Shown piece by piece: positions 24,504-38,299 of a stretch of 64,000 nt of DNA (position 1 is its first letter; each line of letters starts with the position of its first letter). Origin of the DNA: Proteromonas lacertae. Lineage: Eukaryota. The position numbers were made by a program, and so were the translations under genes. The notes beneath the pieces are model-generated. The model was not told where the DNA came from. It saw nothing but the letters and a program-made list of their open reading frames with translations, and ran no database searches. The stretch is taken from positions 1 to 64,000 of the forward strand of contig NGBS01000593.1 in the NCBI GenBank assembly GCA_002245135.1. The letters are read 5' to 3'.

Positions 24504-27500
24504 ATGAATAGCTTGAAAAAAATGGAATTATATTGTGAAAAAAATAATATTTCATTCCCAGAAATTAAGTATATTAACAGTATCTATTTATAGAGTGAAA
24601 TCTTATGAAGATAAGCCAATCTGGTATAGTGCAAGTTGTGAATTTCGAGGAATAAAATATGAAACAAAATGTTACACTCCAACAGCCCTTAGACAATCAT
24701 TATGTAATAAAATACTTCAATCCTTAGATGTTGTTCCTAAAGAAAAAACAGCTAAACAGAACAATCCGAAACCACATACTCCAGTAGTTCAAAATGTATC
24801 AAAGCGTGTATCTCACATCTGTATTCGTAATTTCTTAAATATCTTTCCTAATGAAAAGCAATTTTCAGTTTATACACTTAAAGTGAATCATTCAAAGGAA
24901 GGATATGATTTTATACCATTCATGTTAGGATTAGTGTGTAATGTAAAAACTGATTTGAATTATGCATTTCCATTATATCATAGAGGTTATATGGAATGTA
25001 GATGGTTTTATTATATCTTTTATTTTTTATATATAAAATTTAGATTATTTATTGTTATTTTCCTTAATTTGTACAACTTATTCTACTGAATTGACTGAAA
25101 TAGAATTGAATGAAATAAAATGGATCAGTCATAAAATACTGTCATATAAATTCTCAAAGAATTCTCTAAGATTATATCCAGATAATAAAGATGATATAGT
25201 TCAAGATGAAGGAATTAATTATATTTATCCAAATCTAGACAAAATTACTGAAAATATTGATATAAAGAATTATAAAAACTATTTCATTGTTCCAATCAAC
25301 CAAAATACATTAAAAATTGATTTTGATTATATTGCCAATATTAAAGAAAGAATAAAAACATATAATGATCGATGTTTATATGATGTAATGAAAGAAGAAC
25401 CAAATTTAAATATAACTAATTTTATAGTCTCTAGAACATATACAACTGAATTCAATAGATTTCGTGTTTTAGCAATAAATAAAGACTTAAATCCATTATC
25501 ACCATATCCTGAACCTGCTTATAGTTCTTTCAGCGATTTTTGTGTGAATAAATACAAAGCAACAATAACTGATATGAATCAACCATTGATTGAAGCTACA
25601 TACTGTCCAAATATTAAATCAAGAGTGAAAATCTTAACAACTGCTCCTCCACCAGGATATGTTGATAATGATAAAAAAACAAAGACATCCACATTTGTTC
25701 CTGAATTATTAAAGATAATAGATCCAACAAGTGATTTGATGAATTTGTGTTTTAAAATTCCAACTTTATTAACGATGTTTGAATGGTCAATGAGATTTAA
25801 ATGGTTTACAAATTTATTAGAAGAAAAATTAAACACGAAATTAACTCAAAAATGTATAGATGAATTAGAAATATCAATAACACCCTCAGAATTCAATCCA
25901 ATAAATAATTATGAATTATATGAAACTTTAGGTGATAGTTTATTAGAAATATTCTCAACCGTTGTGTTATTCTTTAAGAAAACAAATATTAATGAAGGTC
26001 AATTGACTTTTAATAGGAACTTCTATACTTCAAATAATATGTTTAATGATTTATGTCAAAAATGGCGTTTTGATGAGTATTTTTATTGATTTTTTTATTA
26101 TTGTATAGTATAATTAAACAGTCATTGATTCCACAGAAATTAGTTTTACCTGGTTTTAATGGTGAAGAAAATTATGATATTGGTAAGAAAACTCTAGCTG
26201 ATATATTTGAATCAATTATCTTTGTTATTTATAAATACAATGATATGGAAAAAGCCATTGATTTCTTCATTAATATCATGTTTCCTGACTTTAAATATTC
26301 TCGATCTATATTAATTTCGTGGATTATTACCACTGTTAAAGATAATGAAATAATACAAAGATGTAATTTACAACCAAAACTAAATAATACAATTATTTAT
26401 TCATTACCAAATAACTTGGAATATTTAGAATATATTATCAAGTATAATTGTTATTGTTTAGTTATTGTCTGTATAGTTATCGCTTTCATGATAAACAATT
26501 ACTAGTTAAATCATTCACACCTAAAGCCATTCTTCCTCGTGAGAAGATAATTGAACAATCATATGAAAGATTAGAATTCTTAGGAGATGCTATATTGGAT
26601 TGGATATTTTTAGATTATACTTTTGATTTATATAGTAATAAACTGAATCCTGGTTTACTATATTGTATATTATTTATTTTATTTATATTGAAATATAGTT
26701 ATTAGAAGTGAATTATCTTGTAATGACACATTATGTTATATATTTGTCAGTTTAGGATTCTATAAGTTCTGTTATAACACGATCTTAGAATCAAAAAGGA
26801 CAGAAATTGATGAATATCTTCAAAAATTGAATAAAAATGAAATATTTTATGGGAATGGAAGTGAATTTAAAGAGATTTCTTATTTATGTCCTACGAAACA
26901 TTATGATCAGTCTATTACACAAGAGAAATATGGTTCTGGTGTGAAATATGTAAGAGTATTTTTATATAATGATTTATATATGTATATATTTATTAAAATA
27001 TAATATATTTCTGTGATTATGAAAGGATTATAAATATTTTTATTGTATATATGTATGAAGTGAAAAATAATAGAAATATTTAACATTCTATTCAAATCAA
27101 TACTGAAATATAAATTATATATTAATAAATCTCATTTATATTGTTATTTCTTTTTTATTTATTTACTTTGTAGATGTGTGCAGATATGTTTGAAGCAATG
27201 GTTGGTGCTATATTTATTGATGGTGGTTTAGAAACAACCAAAAGCATAGTGTTTAAGTTATTAAAGCCATTTTTGGATAGGCATTTGAACTTAGATCATA
27301 TTATGAAACATCCAGTTTCACAGTTATATGTATATAAATATACTGTATTATGTAAATATAGGTGATGGCTCAGAAATTATACAAATCTGTTTCTTTTAAT
27401 ACTTCTAATGAGAATGGTTGTTGGTATTGTGAACTGAAATTGAATGGAGAGAGAATTGGTAAATGCATTGGTGAAACATCCAATGTAGCAACATTGGCTG

Positions 27501-27544
27501 CTGCAAGAAAAGGAATTGAGTATTTGACTAATTTAGCTAAATAA
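24504..27544 (+). CDS. Dicer-like RNase III protein (dsRBD-like, platform, PAZ, RNase IIIa, RNase IIIb, dsRBD); no helicase
   Basis: YELYETLGDSLL, KTLADIFES, YERLEFLGDAIL and ADMFEAMVGAIFIDGG. PAZ-like NPLSPYPEPAYSSFSDF..KY...DMNQPLIE and FVPELL. Confidence 0.88.
25013..25076 (+). other. Candidate U12-type intron (AT-AA, or AT-AC ending at 25077 if a base is missing upstream)
   Basis: 5' ATATCTTT and near-consensus branch point TTTTCCTTAAT (about 25058-25068). An intron is needed to join Dicer ORFs 24535 and 25052. Confidence 0.6.
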
Positions 27545-27675
27545 GTATAATTTTTTTCTTAATTTGCATTATTTGGATTGTGATTACTATTTTAAAAATA
27601 TGATAATAATCAAAAACAAACAACAACACGTGTTTGATAAGAAAGTTTGAGAAAAAGCTTGATAGTTCATCAAAA

Positions 27676-29750
27676 ATGGAATGTGAATTACCACCAATTT
27701 CAGTATTTTTATTTTAGTTTCTTGCTTTATAGAACATTCAATCTGCTTTAGAAGGGTTTTTTAATCCAATGTCTGATGAAGCTTACACTTTTAACTGTTA
27801 CCAATATGTTTTAGAAAATGTATCAATTATTCACAGTTTATTTATAAATATAGTTGAATGATGGAGAGAGTTTTATAGATTTAATCACAAATCTAGAGAA
27901 ATATCTAGTTTCAGAAAGTCCAGGTATTAGAAGTCAATGTGTAGAAATGCTTGCAACAATATTAAAAGAAAAACCAAATCTCAACTTCACTGCTTCGAAT
28001 GTTTCATCATTTTTAGACTTTTTTATGAGTAGAGCGATTGTATATTTTTTATGTATATATTATATTACAGGATTTTCCATCTAAAAATGGCTGTGTAACA
28101 TGCTTATGTTTTTTAACTGAACATTATCTTCAATTAATCTTATCAGAGCAATTAATCAAAGTAATAAATGTTTTATTCAATATCCATATACCTTCACTTA
28201 TATTTAAAATCAGAATTATAGTATTTAATCTGTTAAAGATTTTAATTGAAAATCAAGCAATCTCTAAAACAATAAAGTCTTCATTAGGAATTCAGTTTTA
28301 CTCATCATTCTTAGAAGCAACGGAAGGAGAAAAAGATCCAAGATGTTTATATGTAGAATTAAAAATATATCCGTTATTATATCAGTTATATGATTTGGAA
28401 TTATATGAGAAAGATAATGAAGGAATAGTGGAAGAAACAATGGATAATTTATTAGCATATTTTCCAATTACATTCTCATCAAAACCAAACGAATCATTCA
28501 CAAAAGATGAATTTATGAATAGTTTTTATCAAGCTATAATCAGTCATAAATCATTTATACCATTTATCTATACAGAAATAAAAGATAAATTATCATCTGA
28601 TCTAACTCAAGCCAAACATGATTCCGTTGAATTATTTACAGAAATAGTGAAGAAATATGATATAACAGTGATGAAGGATTATTTGAAAGATTATATGCCT
28701 TTATTTATTAACACTTATAGTGATAGAAATAATAAAGGAGTGTTGAGTATATGTGAAGAATCAATTCAAATTATAACAGAATCAATAATAATGACATTAG
28801 AAAGTATAATAATAATCATTATTATTATTTTATTATAAAATATTAGATCCAACTGAATATATAGATTTATTTATTACTCCAATTATTGATAAATGCATAG
28901 AAAGTATTAACACCTTTGCTCATGATGATATTACCGATATTACCTTCAAAACAGTAATTATTATATCAACAGTTAATCCACATTTATACACAAAATCATT
29001 AGAAAGAATTATGCCTGTTTTAATACTGAAAATAGAAAGTACAAGAGATGTAAATACAGCAAATGCAATGAAAAAAGCATTATTTCGATTATTACAGTTG
29101 AAATATGAAGATAAAACAGTCGATCAACATCCACTACAATTGTATTATATACTCTTATTATTATTATTATTTATAGTTTTGTTTCAAAAATATATCCGTT
29201 ATTATGGGAGAATAGATTTTCCAGTGGATTAGCAATTAGAGGTTTAGTGAATATCAGTTATACATCACCAGAAATAGTGACAAAACAACAAAAAGACCAA
29301 ATATTTGAGTTTTTATTGTTACAAATACAATCTGCCAATAACAATAATGAAAATATGAAAATATGTAGTGAATTATTATGTGAATTATGTGATAATAATA
29401 ATAATAATAATGAAATGATTATAAATACAAGTTTTGATAGAATAATCTTACCTATTTTAACAAGTTATAATAATAGCAATAATATACTTCATTTATTATC
29501 TAAATCTCACAATATGTTGATGAAAATATTGAATTATATTGAAAACAATATTGGTCAATATGTAAAGAATGATAATATTAATTTTCTAGTAGAAATATTA
29601 AAAGGAAGTGATATATTGTTATTTCATCAAATATTGATAGAAACAAAATATTCATTCTTTAATCAATTGTGGAATTATTATTTTAATTATTATAATAAGA
29701 ATGAAATAGTAGATGAGAAGATATCTAATGAAATCTATTCTATCTTTGAG

Positions 29751-29782
<32 letters not shown>

Positions 29783-30957
29783 ATTTATTTATAATTCACT
29801 TTCATCTGATGAATTTAAAACCATTCAACAAACACTCTTAACTTCAATAATTCCATTAAAAATAACCAAAACACCTCAAAATAATGAAATATATATTTAT
29901 ATGCCTTATATTCAGTGTCTATTATATATGAATTCTGATGTTATTTTATCTAATAAAACATTGTATGAATGGTGTATAGAATTGTTATTATTAAATATTA
30001 ATAATATTATAAATGATATTTTTCTTCATTTTATATCATTATATTTGCTATATATTCAAGACTCTGATTTTAATGTATATTAGTTTTAATTATAACATTT
30101 TATCATAGAATGAATTTGTTAAATTAGCATCCAAATTCCCACTGTTTGATAACATTAATAACCTATCAATCAATAATGAGTATGAATGTAAAATATACTG
30201 TTGGATTGTAAAGATATTATTCAATCACAATCAGAATAGAGATTCACAACAAATGATATTATTCAATATATGTCAATACATTTCAAGTATATTAAATATT
30301 TATATATTTATATAGAATCAACCAATATCAATAATGATTATATTGTCAATATATTATTTCATAAAAATTTCTCATTTCCTATTCCAACAAGTAACTATAA
30401 TGAAAAATCATTATTTTCTTACATTTTCAACACTATTCATTCACTTATTGAGAAATTACCATCAGAGCAAAGAGGTACATTGTTATATACATTAATACAA
30501 ATCATATCATTCACACCAAAGGAATTATTGAATAAATCTGAAGAGATAAATCTTATTTCACCTTATATCGTTCAAGCAATGAAAAGTGGAATAAATGAAT
30601 TGATTGTTATATCATTAAAGACATTATATGTATGAATATATATATATATATATATGTATATATATTATTTTCTAGAATATTCTCCAAGTAGATCCAAAAC
30701 AAATTCAACAATTAGCAGGAGGAATTATCACTTCAATTGTTGAGTTATTAAAGGTAGAAAATCAGGAGTTTAGTATTATTATACTTTCTATTAGTTGTTT
30801 ATTACTTATGAGTGGATTGCCTCCACAAATATTGACTCCTTTGAAATATGATGTATTGAAAGTATTAAGGACAAAATTAGGTGATGAGAGAAGAGTTATT
30901 CGTGATTTGGCTGTGAAGACAAGAAATATTTGGATTATTACATCTGGAAATATATAA
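27676..30957 (+). CDS. MMS19: MMS19 cytosolic Fe-S assembly component
   Basis: GEKDPRCL, YFPITF and C-terminal LGDERRVIRDLAVKTRNIW; HEAT-like; many short introns. Confidence 0.88.
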
Positions 30958-31065
30958 ACTGTTTTTTATTAAACTATTGTGTTGTGTTTATTTTTGAAAA
31001 ATAAAAATTGATTCGTTTCATTTTTAAATACATTGTCTTTTGTGTATTTTCATGAAATTTAAAAA

Positions 31066-31950
31066 ATGGAGTTTAAAACAGGAGATAATAACAATTTAAG
31101 TGAATCTAAAATACTAGAACCGCTTCCAGATGATCCTAAACCTCCATTAGAATCACCACCTCCTCAAAACGCTCCTCCTGTTGAAGAAAACCCGCCACCA
31201 AAGCCAGATGGTATTTAAAATTATGTTAATGCATTTAGAAACGTTTGGTCTAAAAGTAAATCATCAAACATTATTCAGTGTTGATAAACCAGTTGAATTT
31301 TATCTAATCGGTGAAATAGTAGGAGGAACAGGGTTTCCAGATGGTGTTTCATGTGCATATAAAATAATTGCAGGTAGTCAATGGATGTTACAAGAAGGCA
31401 AACCAGAAGAAGAATTATGTAGTGGTCAAACTCATATATCTTTAATATATAAATGATTTTTATTTTCTTTAATTAATATTTACTTTGTATATGGTGATAT
31501 AGATGGTTTTAGGATTTGGAATCATCCAATAGATTTACATTTTATAACATCCTCACCTAGTGATAGTCCCAAAATGCTATTTCAAGTATGGAGACTAGAT
31601 AACTCAGGTAGAGGTGAATTAGAATCATATGGATTTTGTTTTTTGCCATGTATAAACTATTATTTTGCTTATATTTTTATAGTTGGTGTTGGTTCTTTTG
31701 ATTTGAAGTGTCAAACCTGGAGACCGTTGGGCACATCACAGCAGGAATTATCTAGAAGGTTCGTAGGTGGAGTGCCGAGGTTGTATGATTGGTCAACTTT
31801 GTATAAAAATGCATTTAATGAAAGAACTTATGTAACTTCAGTTGGAAGTGGAACTGTATTATCATTTATTCATTTATATAATATTTATAGATTCATATTA
31901 AGTTGAATGTTATAGCACAAAATCTGGAAAGATATCATGTAGAATATTAA
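31066..31950 (+). CDS. B9D2: B9 domain ciliary transition-zone protein
   Basis: GEIVGGTGF, SGQTH..WNHPIDLHF, PKMLFQVWRLD..GR.EL.SYGF, TWRPLG and F.GG.PRL. Confidence 0.88.
31436..31483 (+). other. U12-type AT-AC intron, 48 nt
   Basis: 5' ATATCTTT, branch-like TTCTTTAAT, 3' TAC. Contains an in-frame TGA; removal gives GQTH|FVYGDIDGFRIWNHPIDLHF. Confidence 0.88.
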
Positions 31951-32074
31951 AATAAAAGTAATGATAGTTTTAGATAATTTAATTTATTTTTTCGTATTTG
32001 AAATTATTTTTTGTAATTTTTAAATGAAATTAGAAAAAATTTATAATAAAATAAAATAAAATAGTTATTTTTAT

Positions 32075-32773
32075 TTATTTTGCTGTTGGATCTGTTGGAA
32101 CGAATGTTTTACTATCTTTATCTAACTTATCTTTGTATAATTCTTCAGCTATTTTTCTTTCCTATACAATAAAACAATAAAACAATAAAGAAAATACTTT
32201 TTGTGTGATTTTTTGAAAGTCTAATACAGCGAGTTGAGGTAATACATAAATAATATAACTTCGAGCATGAGCTTGTAACATACACGGATTATCAATTAGT
32301 GATAAATCACCTTTTAATTATTAAGTTAATTGAAACAATAAATAATTGATATTTTATAAAAAGAAAGGATACTTAATCTATGAAGATTTTTCAACTTATT
32401 TATTTCTGATAGATTTGATATTTTATTATTCGTTACTAATAGAATAAAAAGAGATAATGTATATACAAATAAGGGAATGCAAATTGGGTATATTATTTAC
32501 AACTGTTTCGTCTATTTGTGAAATAATGTTATTGCTAAATAACAATGTGCCAAGTCTAGGAAATTTAGGGAAGTTTTCTATTTTTGTAATTGCATTATCA
32601 GAAAAATCTATTGTATCGAATTGATCCTAATGAATAAAGATATTTAATAATACTTTAGCAGAACCCATATTCTCAATGGCTGCAAGTCGAAGACCACGTA
32701 GGTCTAATTCTCTTTCCTTCAATGGGTTATAAAAAGTTCTTGCCTTCTGAATAACATCAGCTGTTAACTTCAT
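32075..32773 (-). CDS. SNRPA1: U2 snRNP protein A'
   Basis: MKLTADVI..FYNPLKERELDLRG..IENMG..DQFDTIDFSDN; LRR cap LPQLAVLDFQKI. Confidence 0.93.
32311..32372 (-). other. U12-type GT-AG intron, 62 nt
   Basis: 5' GTATCCTTT (exact minor consensus), TTAAC/CTTAAT near the 3' end; in-frame join HRL|SDLSLIDNP. Confidence 0.8.
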
Positions 32774-32854
32774 GCAAAAAAATCAAAATTCAATTAAATT
32801 GTACTACACTCAATACACTTGTATTAAATGTATTGTTTTTAAATCGATATATAG

Positions 32855-33258
32855 ATGAGTTCAGAGTATGAATTTGTTTTATATAATTCCATTTAGTGAT
32901 ATAGAATCAAATTATAGAATTACAGAGATTGGCAAAGCCTTATGTGACAGTTTGCTGGAACTTCAAGATAAAGGGAAAGGCGATGAACTGTTTAATAAAT
33001 ATGTCTTAGATCAATTTGATAGAACTATAATATCGGAATTAGCATCAAATTACTCTAAAAATCCTACTACGAGTTTAACTGTATAATAAAAATTGTTAAT
33101 ACATATAGGCTGATCTTCACTCTTATAATCAATGTGATGATGTGTGGAAATTATCACTTAAGAATGTGATAATCGAAAGTGAATCAGAAGAAGTTGTATG
33201 TAAAGACTTAATCATGTATTGTTTGAATGAAAAGATGGTCAAACAAAAACCTGTATAA
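32855..33258 (+). CDS. GTF2A2: Transcription factor IIA gamma (small) subunit
   Basis: YRITEIGKALCDSL..VLDQFDR..LHSYNQCDDVW. Confidence 0.82.
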
Positions 33259-33374
33259 TAATAATAATATTTATGTTTGTCATTTACTTTTTATCAAATT
33301 AACCTAAACAACAACAACAAATAATATCACAAGAAATAAAAATGAAAAAAAAACTAAAGCAAAAAACAAAATAA

Positions 33375-34934
33375 TTACTCTTTAGGAAGTTGTTCATTAC
33401 TATTCTCATTAACATCAGTACTTGGAGCAGGTGGCATAATATTAACAGCATCACCATTCTCTTCTTCTTCTTCTTCCTTAGGTTTCTCTGTTTCTCCTTC
33501 TTCTTTTGGCTTATTAAAAGGTCCTAAATAATCAGCATTTCCTTCATAATCTTCTAAAGGAGGCATATCTTCAAATTCTGGATCAATATCTTCCTTCTTT
33601 AACTTCTCTTTTCTTTTATTAATCTTTTCAGCCAATTTATTACCAAATCTTTTCTTCTGCTCTTCTTTGTATTTCCTATCATAATAATCCAATTGTTTCT
33701 ATAATTAAAAAATTAAAAAACAATATTTATATACATGAATAGCTGCTGCTTGATTTCCTATCTCTATAAACGCTTTACTGTTATTACTCAATGTTTTGCC
33801 TCTTTTAATATTATCTTCAGCTGTTTTTAATAAATCATAAGCTCTATCAATATCCCAATATTCTTTCGCTTTTTCTTTATTCATTTCTATCTTGCTATAT
33901 TCCATATATAATTTTGCATGATTATATAAAGCCTTCTGATTGTCAGGGTCGAACTTCAAACATTGAGACAAATCCCATCGAGCCTCTTTCAAATTATTTA
34001 ACTTCAAATGTGAAATACCTCTATTTTGATGTAATATAATCTTTTGTCTACCTAATTCCATCTTTAAATTATTTTCAAACATATATTCCCACTGTTCCTT
34101 AGTATGAAATATATTGACAAATGCATGGTCATAGTGTTCATTGGCTTTAGCATAATCTCCTTCTTTAAAGAACTTATTTCCTTGTTCCTTTTCTTCATTA
34201 CTTAATCTTAATTGTTCTTCAACAGATGGAGGTGGATTTTCTTCACGTTCTTTTCGTTCTTTTTCAGCTTTTTCTTGCTCGTATTTTCTCTTTTCTTCTT
34301 CGGTTGGGAATTGTGGAATTACCATATCTTTCCAACTGATTAATTCTACTTGATATGAGACTGTCGCACCTGGTAAAACTTTTGGCTCCAATCCTTTCTT
34401 TCCGAAGGCATAATCTTCACGAATGACTAAATCACAGAGTTCATTCTTTGTCATTGTTTTTAAGGCTAAATCTATACCTGGACAAGGTAATTGTCTTCGA
34501 TCTATAGCTCCTTCGAAGGGATCGTCTGTTCCACCGATTAATTTATCGCCCAATTTCTCACGACTATAGAATAAAATGGTTTATATTAATACGTTGTGTC
34601 GAATATCTCACCAGTCAGTAATCTTGCAATATATTGAATTTTACATCTATTACCTATCTTTGGATATGTTGAACTAGGTGTTCCAAGCTTTAATACCTAG
34701 AAAATATAAATATAGTGCAAATACCCTCTTGTGAACTCCTCCATCGCCAAATGGAGTAATATCGTAGTAAGATCTAGAGCACCATTCACATTTATCTGGA
34801 TCATGATATTTTTTATAAGCTCTAATGTAAAATTGAAAAAGATTATACCTGCAGCAGCTTCCACATAGCATATCTTTCCCTAATACATCTTTACCATGTG
34901 CACCGCATTTTAGACATTTGAAATCGTCACTCAT
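33375..34934 (-). CDS. FKBP-type PPIase with TPR domain
   Basis: GDGGVHKR, GIDLALKTM..YAFG..PGATVSYQVEL; TPR KEQGNKFFKEGDY. Confidence 0.85.
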
Positions 34935-35044
34935 GATTAAAATAGCTTAGAATGTTCAAGAAAGAATGTCAAACTCAATCAAACTTTTAAATATAAACGA
35001 CTATATTTTTATTTTAATTTGGGTTTTCATTATTTTTGAAGGTA

Positions 35045-36334
35045 ATGCCACCGCATGGAGATCATCATGAACATCATTACGATGTATTACATGAACCACA
35101 CAAGGAATTAGAATCTTCGTGGCATTATTTAGTTAAACATTTCAAATCTTCTCTGTATATTTCAATTATATAGTATAGAAAAAATCGTGATACATTACTA
35201 GCAACCGTTTATGTGGTACTGAATTGCGCATTATTTTTAGTTGAGATTCTTTGTTCTTTATTCACTGGATCATTAGGTTTTCTGGTAGATGCATTTTTTA
35301 GAGCGTATCAATGCTTGTGTATTGTAATTTCTCTATCTGCATCAATATTTTCTAAAAGACCAATAAATGATATGTATTTTATACTCTTTAATATTTTTTA
35401 TGTTATAGTTACACATATGGATATGATCGTACAGAGATTCTTGCATCATTTGCATCAACAGTTGGTTTAATATTTGTATTAATTAACAAATTTATTTTAA
35501 TTAACTAGTTATGTTTATATATGATGGTAGAATCCTTCCATCATCTGTTTACCCATACAGAAGTTCAAGTAATCGAAGGAAGTCATCATACATCAGGTTA
35601 TATAATGGTAATAGCTGTAATAATGAATTTTATTGGATATTTACTTTTTGGTCGATATTTCCACAAATTTCAAATCCGTTATTCCAATACTCCATACTCA
35701 AGCCATGACTCGAATATGGAATCAATTGCATTGCATATGGTTGCTGATGGTTTAAGTACATTGGGATTAATTTTGACACATTATGTTCTATATGTATTTA
35801 TATTATTTATATTATTATTATATATAGAGATTCTCTTGGGCTGATAGTTTAGTTTCAATAGTTGTATGTATAATCCTATTTCAATCAGCTGTTTCATTAT
35901 GTTCAAGTACAGGCAAAATATTGTTAATTACAACACCAGTAAGTATTGAGAATAGAATTAATAAAAGTTTAAGAGAAATAGTTACATTGGAAGGAGTGTT
36001 AGAATGTAGTGAATCTCATTTTTGGACTCAATCTCCAAATATTTACGTTGGAACAATATTAATTAGAGCACATCGTAATGCTAATGAAAGTGAGTTATTG
36101 GTTAAGATCTATAGTATCTTTAATTCTTTTATTACACATTTGACTGTTCAAATTGAAAAGGATCCTGATATTGATTGGTTCTTGAACTCTACAACACAGC
36201 CTGAGTTTGTTCCTATTAAAACAACACCAACTAAGAAGGATATGTTGAAAGAAGTTGAAGGAAGTAAAGAAAGTGGTGAAAAAACTGAATTAAGTGCTGT
36301 TATTGAAGAGCAGAGTGATTTTTCTGAAGAATAA
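35045..36334 (+). CDS. CDF-family zinc transporter (ZnT5/6-like)
   Basis: TGSLGFLVDAF, YTYGYDRTE, NMESIALHMVAD and C-terminal HFW...HLTVQIEK. Confidence 0.88.
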
Positions 36335-36496
36335 ATATAAGTTAATCTTTTATATTCATATTAATTTTCATAATTTTCAAATAATTGTATTATTATTATA
36401 TTATTTTGTTTATTATTGTTATAGAGTTTGTATATATTCTATTAATTTTGTATATAATTTACTTGTTGTTTGATTATTTTTGAATTCATAGAAAGC

Positions 36497-37621
36497 ATGA
36501 CCTGTAGAGCTGCTATTAATAAAATTTCAATAGAAAAATTCGTTAATCAACAAGCGAAAGGTATTAGCTGTTAACTACAAAATATTAGATAAATCACTAA
36601 AATCACCTTACACAATGACAGCAATGGAAAAAGCTAGTTTAGCAAAGTCTCAGAGACCAACATGTATAATAACATTTGATTGTCCAATGGCTCTGACAGA
36701 AGTAACGAGATTATCACGTCAATATAAAGAATTAGAGAAAATAGTGAATTCATTAGAAAAATTTACCAGACAAGTATACAAATCTGTGATTTATATATGT
36801 AGTCAGATGATAAAGAAGAAATGTCAAAATTAAGAGAAGACCATTCAAGTATTGATTATGTTTTATGTTAATTATTATTTTATCAATAGAGATGCAAAAG
36901 GAATATGCAAGTTACTTATCGGAAAAGCAATGTTTATACAAAAAATACAATGATGAAAAGAATAAGCTGACATTAATAGAACAACAGTTAAAAATATGTC
37001 AAGAAAAGTATGTTAGTTTAATGATTGAAAAGAATAATTTAAAGAAGAAAAATACAAATGAGAATGAAAAAGTGAAGAATGAATCTTATTCAATAAAGCA
37101 AAAGATAAATGAATTAGATGGGATAGTAAAACAGTTGGAAATACAAGTAGATAAAAATAAATCAGAAAGAGTAGCTATCCTTAAGCAAATAAAACAAAAA
37201 CAATTAGATTTAGTGAATGTTAAGAGAGAAGGAATTGAATTAAAAAATGAGAATAAAGCACTTAATAGAAGACTAACACAAGTATAATAATGAATATGAA
37301 TATAATGAATAATAGATAAAAATTAACAAATCTTTAGGAAATTCTTCATATATATCTACTTCTCCTTCAAGATCCTCTAGTATTATAGTAATAGATGATA
37401 AAGTAATCCTTCAAAAAGAGCAGTTCGAGAAGATGAAATCCAAAATCGAATCAAATGAAGAAACTAATCAAGATGTATGATAAAAGATTATTATATATGT
37501 ATTAAAATAGAATTATATGGAAATAATACAACAGATTAAAAAATTGAAAAAAGAAAATAAGCTGTTAGAAATGGAAAATGAGGTAGGAATAAAGTATTTA
37601 TCAGGTATTTCTTTAAAGTAA
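36497..37621 (+). CDS. Coiled-coil protein of unknown function
   Basis: Heptad-rich exons joined by short GT-AG introns. Confidence 0.6.
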
Positions 37622-37743
37622 TTAAGTTAATAAAGATATTTTGTTTGTATTGTAAATAAAAAAAATTCAAATTCAAAATCTGTCAAATTTACATGATTTT
37701 ACCGTCATATTTTCGTTTGCATTTCTTTTTTTAAAATTTCTCT

Positions 37744-38161
37744 ATGGCCACTGCAGGTGCAGATTCTAATGTATGACAAATAATATTTATATAATCCATT
37801 TGAATCTAATTTAACTAGAAATTTTTATCTATAAGTAATGATCTAGAAGGTAATGCTGTGAAAGTATTTATGCCATTATAATCACTAGATAATGAAAGAA
37901 GTAATTGGAGAACAACCATATGATCCTCAAAAAGCAACTGAATGGTTAAAAGAAATTACTAGTAGAATCTTGTCATTTACCACAGATCACTTCCAAGATT
38001 ATCGATTTGTTGTGAATACTATTCTATCTCAAAAATCAGGAGGTCTTCACACCACTTCTGCATGTTATTGGGATGCAGCAACAGATGGAAGTAGAATTGC
38101 CAGATATGAAAATGACCAAATGCATTGTATTGCTGTAATTTATGCATTGACAGTTAATTAA
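37744..38161 (+). CDS. DYNLT1: Tctex-1-type dynein light chain
   Basis: YRFVVNTILSQKSGGLHTTSACYWDAATDG..RYENDQMHCIAVIYAL. Confidence 0.9.
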
Positions 38162-38299
38162 AATATATTTTCTTTTTAATTGATAAATATTATTTTTATA
38201 TATAAATTGTGTATTTCTATACACTAATTAATCAATCTTACACCACACACATACATTTCAATAATATGAGAAAAGAATTATTTAATTAGTTAATTACTC

